A stretch of 64,000 bases of DNA from Lama guanicoe (taxonomy: Eukaryota): positions 12,655,694 to 12,719,693 of the forward strand of contig MU054323.1 of assembly GCA_013239625.1 (NCBI GenBank). Direction: 5' to 3'. The notes beneath the pieces are model-generated. The model was not told the DNA's origin and searched no databases. It saw only the letters and a list, made by a program, of their open reading frames with translations. The position numbers and the translations under genes are program-made. Below are positions 53,641-64,000 of the stretch, one piece after another (position 1 is the stretch's first letter; each line of letters opens with the position of its first letter).

Positions 53641-54324
53641 CAGTGTTATTACCCTCTTAACAGTTTGTTAGATGTTTTAGCTGAATTCCTCTTACCCATT
53701 TGGATATTGCCAACATCTTGTCTTCCCAAATTCTGCCACAGGATAGCTAATGCTCGTATTCTGTCTCCTTGGAGGTGCCTATCTTTTTATGGATTTAAGG
53801 CTTTTTTGGAACTCTGTGACCTCAGCTCTCTGATGGATTCAAGAAAAGTTATGACTTTATAGTTAATTTGGCTTTTTTTAAATTGTTAAGTTGGGATTGA
53901 TCTTTGCAACTTTCTGTATCTTAGGCATAAACAGAACTTGAGAGCATTCAGTTTTGATGCATAAGAATTATCTGATTGAATCTTCACTTTAAAAAATCGA
54001 AATCAGTAGGAAATGTTTAAACTAACAGCATTTGAGGTTTTAACAAACCAGGGCTCTTTCATTATGAGGACTAGTCTCTAGTTTAGAAATCACCTCTTTG
54101 ATTTACTTATCCTTTAGTTTTCTATTTGGAAAGGAAGTTATTTTTGACTTTGTGTAAGTGGAGGCAGGAACAAGAAGGACTCAGGAAGAGGTAGAAACTG
54201 CTACAAAATGAAATAGTAAATACCAAGAGTTTAATTATTGTTTAGCTTCCTTGTGTTGTGGCAGTTACTTCTTTCAAAACAACTCAAAATGGACTAATTT
54301 TTAATTGTCTCCTTTTTTCTCCAG

Positions 54325-54887
54325 GGGTGCCTTCCAGACAGGCCAAGGACCTCTTGATGCCCAAGTAAAGCTCTTAGAATTCACTCTGGAGCAGAATTTT
54401 GAAGTCGTTTCAGTTAGTACTATTTCTGCTGTGATAGAATCTGTCACCTTTTTAGTGCACCACTATATCACTTGCTCAGACAAAGTAATGTCTCGAAGTG
54501 GATCAGATAGCTCAGTGGGTGCTCGAGCATGCTTTGGGGGACTCTTTGCCAACCTCATTCGTCCAGGTGATGCAAAAGCAGTTTGTGGTGAAATGACAAG
54601 AGATCAACTCATGTTTGATTTGTTAAAACTGGTTAACATTTTAGTACAGCTGCCTCTTTCGGGCAATAGGGAATACAGTGCAAGAGTGTCTGTGACCACC
54701 AATACGACAGACAGTGTTTCAGATGAAGAAAAAGTTTCAGGAGGAAAAGATGGTAATGGAAGCAGTAGTAGTATTCAAGGATCACCTGCATATGTTGCTG
54801 ACTTAGTGTTAGCCAACCAACAGATAATGAGCCAGATTTTGTCTGCTCTGGGCCTGTGTAATAGCAGTGCCATGGCGATGATAATTG
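54325..54887 (+). CDS. BIRC6: BIRC6 exon 33 (largest exon in window)
   Basis: ctccag|G GGT..ATT G|gtacgt; GAFQTGQGPLDAQVKLLEFTLEQNF...LCNSSAMAMII. Confidence 0.97.
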
Positions 54888-55844
54888 GTACGTATTGAAA
54901 ATATTAATCTTATACTTGTTTCTGGTACTGTATCTTTTTTCTTTAGCAATGTATAAATTAATTTTCTTTTTGCTTTATAGTGCACAATACTTTATTGTAA
55001 ACTTAACGTGACTGATTTTTCTTAGTGAAAACTTCTGTAGAGTGGCTTCAATCAGTAAATTGAAATATTGAAAATATTTAAGTGTGAATTTTTTGAAAAT
55101 TGGAAAATACTAACAAAATAACTTGTATTGAGGTAAATTAAGGGGGAAAATCAGTCTTGTAAGTTAGGTAACATAATTTGTAACCTTGTATCTAACATTT
55201 TCAAGATGAAGAATTTCACATCAAATTTTGTATTAGGCAACCAGTAAGATTTATTTATTCAGTTTCTTAAAAAGTGAAGTATAAAATTTTGTTCACAATG
55301 TAACAGTTTCTATGACATATATCAATGTAAAATTTATATATTGTTGCTTTACTTTTCTACCTATTTGAAAGCTAATGTGTTAGTTTTTTAAACTAATTGA
55401 ATTTCTGTGAATTGTGATAAAACCCATTATTGATATATTTTTGCTTATTGTTATTTCTTCCTTCGTGTAAGGGAAGCAGCCATATCTTCTTTTGGATTAA
55501 AAGTTTTGAAGTGTAATTATGTAACAGTATCCCTTATTTTTCTCTCCTTTTCTTCTTGATATGTATAATGATGTTCCTTAGCATATAATAGAGCAACTTT
55601 TTGTTGTTACCAACAATAGAGGTGTCTCATATAAAAAATAACAAAAATGTGTTCTACTGCATGTTAGAGATATTTTAATTTCTAGATACATGTATATGTA
55701 TACACAGACACACACACAGCTATTATGTACTCATCTTTCAGTGGTTTTGGGGAAAAAACGGCTTTTAAGCCTCTCTATTTTAATTATTACTGGTATTTAA
55801 GAATATGCTTTTAAAAAAATGTGTAATCTTTTTATTTAAACTAG

Positions 55845-56020
55845 GAGCAAGTGGATTACATCTCACCAAACACGAAAACTTTCATGGTGGTTTAGATGCA
55901 ATATCGGTCGGGGATGGATTATTTACAATATTAACAACCCTTAGTAAAAAAGCTTCTACAGTTCATATGATGCTGCAGCCAATTTTAACCTACATGGCCT
56001 GTGGATATATGGGCAGACAG
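55845..56020 (+). CDS. BIRC6: BIRC6 exon 34
   Basis: aactag|GA GCA..CAG|gtgagt; ASGLHLTKHENFHGGLDAISVGDG...MACGYMGRQ. Confidence 0.95.
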
Positions 56021-56982
56021 GTGAGTTCAGCCTAGCAACATTCGCAGTAACTTAAGTAGTTTCTAGCAATGGTTGCAGGGAATTATTTGTAAGGCAGAGT
56101 ACTCATATTATATATTAGAAAATGAACAGAATCATCGGGTCAGAACTATAGATTAGTAATAGAAGTTGAAGAGTAAAGGTTCCTTGAAGTGATTCTGTTA
56201 AAGATGACTACAGTGATGTAAAAATAAAATATTTAACATATTTTAAAATTTTAGGATTTCTTTCCATTGTCTTAAGAAGTAGTTCTTTTTTTTCTCCAAA
56301 AATAACATAATTGAGTAACAAAATGTTCTTCATAGACGTTACACATGAAAATTTAATGAAGTTTTTTTTCCCAAAGCTTAAGCTTCGTATTTAGCTTACT
56401 TTCAGTTAAAAGGGGTTAGGATAATTTTAAAAGAAAAATAGATTTGAATATTACTACTTCTTAAGTTTCCTTTTTAGAAAATGAGTCAGTGTGTAATTAC
56501 AGTTTTCATAGTATATGACATATATGTATATATTTCTCCATTGGAATATACAAAGATACTTGAGAAGGATAGGTTTTTTTTCTTTTTTCAGTTCTATTAG
56601 ATAGAATTATTACAGTTTGACTACGCATATATATTATATTGCATGTAAATATGTGATTAAATGAAGGTACTGTCTAGTGGAAAGCAAAATTAATGCACAT
56701 TAAGGTGGAAAATGATAACAATACATAGAGACAGATGCTTAAAATATGCTGTGTTCAGAGAAGATACTGTTTATGTCCTGTTTGATTTGGGTAAGATTTC
56801 TTAGGTATTTTGGCAGACACTTGTATTTAGTGATTTAGATTAAGGTTGCCGTTTTATGAAAATTAACTGTAAAAGAATATTACGTTCTATAAGAAATTTA
56901 ATTGTCCTAATTCACATGTAATTAATAATCACCTTTTAAAAATCACAGTATACATGTGTGGGGTTTTTTGTTTGTGTTTTAG

Positions 56983-57079
56983 GGTTCTCTTGCTACTTGC
57001 CAGTTATCTGAACCACTTTTGTGGTTCATTTTGAGAGTGCTGGATACTAGTGATGCCTTGAAAGCGTTCCATGATATGG
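56983..57079 (+). CDS. BIRC6: BIRC6 exon 35
   Basis: ttttag|GGT..ATG G|gtaaga; GSLATCQLSEPLLWFILRVLDTSDALKAFHDM. Confidence 0.95.
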
Positions 57080-57227
57080 GTAAGATGAAATTTCCAAAAC
57101 TGTCATTTAAGTGTAATCATTTGATAGTACATTATGTTCTTATTTTTGTAGTTTTCTATGAAAGTTGACTCAGTGTTAAATTATCTATGTAAAGATAATT
57201 TTCATTTAGTATTCTTTGTAAATTTAG

Positions 57228-57422
57228 GTGGTGTTCAGCTCATTTGCAACAATATGGTTACTAGTACAAGGGCTATTGTAAACACTGCAAGAAGTATGGT
57301 TTCAACTATTATGAAATTTCTTGACTCTGGTCCGAATAAAGCTGTTGACAGCACTTTGAAAACAAGAATACTCGCTTCTGAGCCTGACAATGCAGAAGGG
57401 ATCCATAACTTTGCACCGCTGG
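57228..57422 (+). CDS. BIRC6: BIRC6 exon 36
   Basis: atttag|GT GGT..CTG G|gtaaga; GVQLICNNMVTSTRAIVNTARS...EGIHNFAPL. Confidence 0.95.
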
Positions 57423-58165
57423 GTAAGAAAAGAGTTATTACATGTTATTTGTGTGAATTTATATAGTAGTTCATTAGCTGGTATGAAGTGAAAATAGTTG
57501 TCAGAGTAAGCTGATTGTGTTGTAATATTACCATTTTAATTACAAACCATTGATTTTTAAAGGTAGTAGTTTTTCAAACATTCTACTGATTAGAAGGAAG
57601 TTTTTAATAGTTCTTTAGTAATAAAATTTGTTTTTATTTTTGAGTTTACTTAGAAGCACAATTTATGAAATGAAAAAGTAGATTCTTATGTCAGTTTTCA
57701 CTGTAAATGTTAACCAGTTTAGAGAAATTTGTTCTTTCTTATTTTGAGTGGTATTTTCCTTTTTAAGAAGCTTCAGATTTAAATACTGTTTTTCCCAGGC
57801 TACCTAGTTTCTTTTTATATTATATTTATTTCATATTTCTAACTGATGAACATTGACAATTTAAAATAAAAGTGATTATTTTCAAGTTGAAGGCTGTCTT
57901 GGACATTGTTTTTTTTACTTAATATCATTTGAGAATTATTGTGCTGAATTTGTTGTTGGTAGTTTAGTTTTCATATGACATGTGAATATAAAGAAATTAA
58001 GCAGTGGTTAACAGTGAATGCCACCTTGCCAGCTGAGTGGATGTCCGAATGTCTTGTGAGTACTGTGACAAATTATGCAAAGTGTACTGAGTACACTCAG
58101 ACTATCAGATGTTCATATTTTTAGCTAATTTTTCTAGTGTAATTTTATGATTTGAATAGTTCTTG

Positions 58166-58359
58166 GTGCTTTATTTTGTTTCTTTTGCAAGTTTTAATTT
58201 TATTTAAAGTATCTTCTTGCAGGTACAATCACATCTAGCAGTCCTACTGCCCAACCGGCCGAGTGCTTTATTGTGTTTCTTTTACAAGTTTTAATTTTAT
58301 TTAAAATATCTTCTTGCAGGTACAATCACATCTAGCAGTCCTACTGCCCAACCGGCCGA
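58166..58359 (+). repeat. 97-bp direct tandem duplication spanning an intron/exon boundary
   Basis: 58166-58262 versus 58263-58359, 94/97 identical (mismatches 58176/58273, 58187/58284, 58209/58306). Confidence 0.97.
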
Positions 58360-58520
58360 GGTGCTTTTGCAGGCCACACCACCTCACAGAAGAGCTCGTT
58401 CTGCTGCTTGGTCCTACATCTTTCTGCCCGAGGAGGCTTGGTGTGACCTTACCATTCACCTTCCTGCAGCAGTGCTTCTTAAAGAGATACATATCCAACC
58501 TCACCTTGCATCTCTTGCAA
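58320..58520 (+). CDS. BIRC6: BIRC6 exon 37 (acceptor duplicated 97 bp upstream)
   Basis: ttgcag|GT ACA..GCA A|gtgagt; TITSSSPTAQPAEVLLQATPPHRRARSAAWSYIFLPEEAWCDLTIHLPAAVLLKEIHIQPHLASLA. Confidence 0.93.
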
Positions 58521-60727
58521 GTGAGTAATATTTTTTGTTAAGACCCATCATGAAAATAAACTATAATATAGAAGTATCTAAAAATGAGCAAAGTATTTAG
58601 CAAACAATGGTACACTTAGATACAATTTCCAGGTTGGTTAATATTGAACAGTTTTTAATATAACTTTTAACATTACCACCAAATCATTTCCCATGAAATG
58701 AATTAGCATGGCTATTCCTCTGAAACAAATAGAAATGTGTGGTGAAATTCAAACAGATATATTCCAGTTAAATACTATTTTACCTTTCCTCTTTCCCCAA
58801 ATTTATTAAGCTATAACATTATGTCAAAATGAGTTAGTTTACATAACTATAGATAATAGTCTTTTGTTTTTCTAGCCTGGTCCTCAGTCCTAGCTCTGTA
58901 ATGTGAAATTAGCATAGATCCCCTCCCAACTGTAAGATAATTACATCTCAAAAGAATTGTTTATTACAATATTTTGAGTAATATTTTTAATATTTGTGAT
59001 TTTTAAATTTTTTAACATTTTGAGCATCACTTGATAAATTTCTATTGAATACATTTTGTTGTAACTTTGCAAGTTAAATAATTCAAAAGAATTTTTAGAA
59101 AACAAGTTATACATTAAGAGGAGCAGGAACTCTTTCAAGTATTCATAAAGGAATGTGAAGTACTATTTTGCATTTATGTTGGTCACCAAATTCTTTCAAT
59201 ATAAATGTAAATGTAAGAATTTGTACAGAATTGTTGAAGTTGTCACATTTGTTTATCTTCATTGATTGATTCTGATTGCTGTCATATGTCACACAGTAGT
59301 TCAATGCAGAACTATGGGAAATTTTGTAGACCTGGCGTATTTGGAAGAATAAATTTTCCTACTTATTTGCAAGATTAGATTATTATTATGCCCTAATATA
59401 ATTGTAGAATCCACATGTATTAAGTTAAAATAGATATAATAAATAAAATGGCAGAAGGAAAATAGACTAACCTACAGTGTTTTAGCAGGTCAAAAATAAC
59501 TGTATTACATGGCAAAAATGTAATCAGTATATAAGACTTAGGAGATAATCTAAGATGCAGAAGAAACTGCTTTTATTTGGAAGGAGAAGGTGGTTCATGT
59601 AAATAGTGGCTTTGGAGTGTGCCTAGAATTTGCTTATAGGAATTGAGACAGGAAGAATGTTACAAAGGAGAACTTTGTACATTATAAAAAATAAATAGTT
59701 TAGGTATTCTGTATTATAATTATGCTTAATAAAACATTTCGATTTTTATTATTGGATCAGAGCAGAAACTGAGTGTGTTCCAATGGAAATAACATAGCCT
59801 TTAGAATCAAACATGAGCTTAAATATAAAATGTCCCCTTTGTCATGTGGGAGTTTGGATTATTTAATCTCTTTAACTGTGTCAGTTTGTATTGACAGTCA
59901 AAGAGATTAAATAATGTGGATAATACCCCAAAAGGTAAGATTAAATTTAAAAATTGATGTAACTTGTCTAGTTCTCAATGCAAACCAGGTATGTAGTTGG
60001 CATACAATAAAAGTTACTTCCTAATTTTATAGTTAAAATTAAAATCAAAGTTTAAAGGTTGTTTTAGTTGATAGATATATTTATTATGTGGGCTTCCATG
60101 TTTGTGATAAAGACATAATTTTCCCATAGTAGCTGCCAGTTGGTACTTTATTGAGCCTCCTTAAATTTTAGCAGGAAATGATTTAAAAAAAATCTTTTGA
60201 ATGTTTATAAAAATTTTGAAAGAAAAAAAAGATCAGAGGCAAAAGCAATTTCTAAACTCAGCTGTATTTAAAATTGTAGCAATATGGTTATAGTAAAATA
60301 ATATTCATAAAAAATACTTTTTTTGTTAGATCCTTTGCATATTATTTACAACAGTAAACCATAATAGTCAAATGTCCTATGTTGGTATAATTCTAAGTAA
60401 AGTAGAAATGATAATTTGCCTATTTGTTTTTTATTTTTCCCTTGGAGAGAATTAAGTACATGTGAATTGTGTATCTTCATTTACTCTCTTTTTTAGGTGA
60501 ATGTTAGAATTTTTTAAATATAATTTTTATTTTACTGTGGATTTCATATAATAGCTTCAAAATCAATTATGGTGAAAATCAGTGACAGAGTATGATTTGG
60601 TATAAAAATTTCCTTTTATGAGTTCATAAAGAATATAACTGAAAGCTACTGTTTTACTGGGATTTCCTCTAAAATGTAAAGTCTTGGTTACTTTTTCTTT
60701 AGTAATTGTTGAATTTGTCTCCTGTAG

Positions 60728-61007
60728 CCTGTCCATCCTCAGTGTCTGTTGAAGTAAGTGCAGATGGGGTAAATATGCTACCATTATCCACTCCTGTTGT
60801 CACAAGTGGTCTCACCTACATAAAAATTCAGCTTGTTAAAGCTGAAGTAGCTTCTGCTGTCTGCCTTCGACTCCATCGTCCACGTGATGCCAGCACCTTA
60901 GGCCTTTCACAAATTAAATTACTGGGCCTCACCGCTTTTGGTACCACTTCTTCAGCAACAGTTAATAATCCCTTTCTTCCATCTGAAGATCAGGTATCCA
61001 AAACAAG
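60728..61007 (+). CDS. BIRC6: BIRC6 exon 38
   Basis: ctgtag|CC TGT..ACA AG|gtatgt; CPSSVSVEVSADGVNMLPLSTPVV...FLPSEDQVSKT. Confidence 0.95.
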
Positions 61008-61876
61008 GTATGTGATTTTTCATTCTTAAGAAAAACCTTTTTGTGTTTTCTTGTGAAATTATTTATTCTGTGGTTTCTTTCTTTTTTAGAGTTTAGTAAA
61101 TTCTTTTTTCTGAGGCATCTATATAATATTGTGGTTTGAAGTGTAACAAAGAGTAGTTCTATAGAAACAGAACCCTGAGGCTGGTTAAAATTGAGATTTA
61201 TGTGTGTTTAATCATTGAGGTGATTCACAATATGATATATGTGGATGTAACTTCCAGTTCTTTGGATCGTAGTCCAGTATAAGCATTTCCAAATGCCTAT
61301 CCCCAGCAGTACACCTGAACCATACAAACTGATCATATAGACAGGCACCTACTCTTATAGGGTAATTCGTAAGTGCCAGTCAACAGAGGGTTAGAGTTGA
61401 ACCAAACTGACCAAAGAAGGACCTGGATATATCCTTTAATTTACATTCTTCTGGTAAATGTTGATGGTTGAAAATTTTATAGACTAATTTTATTTTAAGT
61501 TTTACCTGAGGAACAAATTTAGGATTTCTTTTGACTCTCAAGCTGCCAGGACTTTATAGTTTTGCAAGTCTATGAGCTTGTGCAGTGTGTATTTATGCAT
61601 ATAAATATGCATATATACAAAAACATTTCCTGACTGATTAAATGAAAAGCAAGTTCTTAGTTCCTAAATGATATTAACACTTAAGTATTTTTATTTACTG
61701 TGTTATAGGGGAAACTTATTATGTGTTTAATTCTTTACTGATGTTACAGTATTTTAAAAACTTTTTTTTAACGTAAATTGGTGCTACTTAAGAAATAAAC
61801 ATGAGAATTTTGTAACCTGAAGTGATTTCAGCTACTTAAATTTACCATATAAGCCATTTTGTGTTGTGTATTTCAG

Positions 61877-62133
61877 TATTGGATGGCTACGGTTATTACA
61901 TCATTGCCTTACTCACATAAGTGATCTGGAAGGAATGATGGCAAGTGCAGCTGCACCCACTGCCAACCTGCTACAGACTTGTGCTGCCTTATTGATGTCT
62001 CCATACTGTGGAATGCATTCACCTAATATTGAGGTTGTGCTTGTAAAGATAGGACTGCAGTCCACTAGAATTGGCTTGAAGCTTATAGACATTCTTCTGA
62101 GAAATTGTGCAGCATCAGGCAGTGATCCCACAG
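61877..62133 (+). CDS. BIRC6: BIRC6 exon 39
   Basis: tttcag|T ATT..ACA G|gtgaca; IGWLRLLHHCLTHISDLEGMM...RNCAASGSDPT. Confidence 0.95.
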
Positions 62134-62394
62134 GTGACAATTAATTTGATATTTTAATTTTTACATATCTGCAAAGTAAGGACAGTTGAACTATGTGATA
62201 TTTGTGATTAATTCTATTTCTGAAATTAACTTCCATTATGGCTTGATTATTTTTAGAGTTTGTTTTTTATTGTTGCTGTTGCTGAAATTTACAGAAGAAT
62301 TCTTATTAATGAATAATTTAAGATTAAATTGAGCATATCTTCTCATCCCATTTGCTTATTTAGCAAACTTTTCCTTTTGATTCTTTATTACAAG

Positions 62395-62503
62395 ATTTGA
62401 ATAGCCCTTTACTTTTTGGAAGACTGAATGGACTCTCTTCTGACTCCACGATAGATATTCTTTACCAGCTTGGAACAACTCAGGATCCTGGAACAAAAGA
62501 CAG
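62395..62503 (+). CDS. BIRC6: BIRC6 exon 40
   Basis: tacaag|AT TTG..GAC AG|gtatgt; LNSPLLFGRLNGLSSDSTIDILYQLGTTQDPGTKD. Confidence 0.93.
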
Positions 62504-64000
62504 GTATGTGATGATCTCATTTTTCATATAAGGACAGACACAATCACATGTAGTGAATGTTGTTTGTGGTGCTTTCTTTTTAGATCATTTCATAAAAGTT
62601 AAGCTAAGACTGTTGATTATATCATACATTTAACTGTATACTTCACATAATGTAACTTTTAGAGATTTTCATGAATGTTAAAACACAAATTCTCTTAAAT
62701 TTGGACATATTCGAATTTGAACTCAAATAGATCCTTACTTAGTATTGCTTTTGAGGAATGGATTGAGATAAAATACTGAATATATTTTTATGTCAGCTAT
62801 GTTGTGATGAAATCTTTGTAAGTTGATTGGGTCATAATGATACTACCTTTCTTAGGTATTACTATACATATAGAAATATAGGAATAATGTGTCCATATTA
62901 GGTACTTGGACTATTTTGATAATAATGTTTGTTTTTATTGATTTTTTAAAATAATTACATTATTTATTGGTTGTTTTTCATTAGCCTCTGTATTCTTTCT
63001 CCTGCTTCGTACCACAACGTGAAACAGTATCATACCAAGTAAATGTCTGAATGTTTCACCTAAATGTTTAGTGATCTTTCAGTATAGGTAATTTTAGATG
63101 AGTTTTACTAATGTAGTTCTTCCTTGGTATCTTCTACCTCCAAATTAATAAAGACTCCAAGTATTTTTTTAAGCGTGTTTTTATTGATAAATTTGGCATT
63201 CTCTGGTTTTATGTATATCATCTATATCACAAAAAAAATTTAGAGGTGTGACTCTATAAATAATATAAATAATCTTTATGTTAGAGATTATTTCCTGAGT
63301 TAATATGCTTTTAAATATATTGAATATTTTATATCCAGTTAATATCCTTTAATATTTTCATTAATTTATATTTAAAGTGAAATCATTTGGTATGTTATTT
63401 AATTTCTTACTTTGTAAATTATTAATAGATTATTAATTTTTTGGTGAGTGCTTACTCATTTTGTATCTATTTACTGAGTAGCTGCTGTATGCCTTGCATT
63501 GTGCTAGATATTGGAGAGATCAAGTTAATTAAGTCCAACTTGTGCCCTCAGAATTGGGGAGACAGGGCAGTGTCACTCACAGGGAAGATTTATGTAGGAC
63601 AGACTTAAGGGTATGAGTTAAAAGTACCAGGCAGTGAAGGCATCTGGGAAGATTGTTACTTAATCACTGATAATGTAATAGCTTTCAATTATTTTAGGCT
63701 CACTGCATTCAGGTTCTCTGTGTTAAAATATTTAAGGACATAATTAACAAAGTGAAATTTGCTTCAGCAGGATAGTTTCAAAATATTAAAAAGGCTAACT
63801 TTGTTTTCGTTAAGCTTTTTTGCTTTATAAAAAATGTATGGTAACTATGTTGTATTTAAAAATAGATTGGAATTTTTTTGACAAAGTAAATAGGAATTTG
63901 TGTCAAATTTGAATCATAATGGTTAATAGGATTAAAAATATACTTAAAGTTTTGCTAAATATTTTTCTAGAATAGGTTTCTTAAAATCCCTTATGATTAT

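Noticed and set aside
58223..58262. Upstream duplicate acting as an independent 40-nt micro-exon (donor cga|gtgctt)
   Set aside because: The donor is very weak, the remaining intron would be only 57 nt, and inclusion would frameshift.

Overview
AT-rich mammalian genomic DNA, not prokaryotic. The window lies entirely inside BIRC6 (BRUCE/Apollon, the giant IAP E2/E3 ubiquitin ligase), on the + strand. I traced 40 consecutive internal coding exons (307..62503) by hand. All have GT-AG boundaries and compatible phases, and they join into one open frame matching the central region of BIRC6 as I remember it. The start codon, BIR domain, UBC domain and stop codon lie outside the window. A tRNA-Ala-derived Vic-1-like SINE suggests a camelid. 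The introns hold L1, L2, MIR, hAT-Charlie and Tigger/MER8-type relics. Most notable: (1) a 97-bp tandem duplication of a splice acceptor plus the first 40 nt of an exon, which creates a decoy or poison 3' splice site and a precise GT..AG 'proto-intron'; (2) a 29-bp tailless 5S rRNA retro-insertion with a 16-bp TSD; (3) a full-length antisense RPS29 retrocopy with TOP start and TSDs; (4) two in-frame tandem alternative donors. I found no convincing new multi-gene system. Repeat family names come from recognition, not a database search, and their boundaries are approximate unless a TIR or TSD is given. Exon numbers are window-relative.
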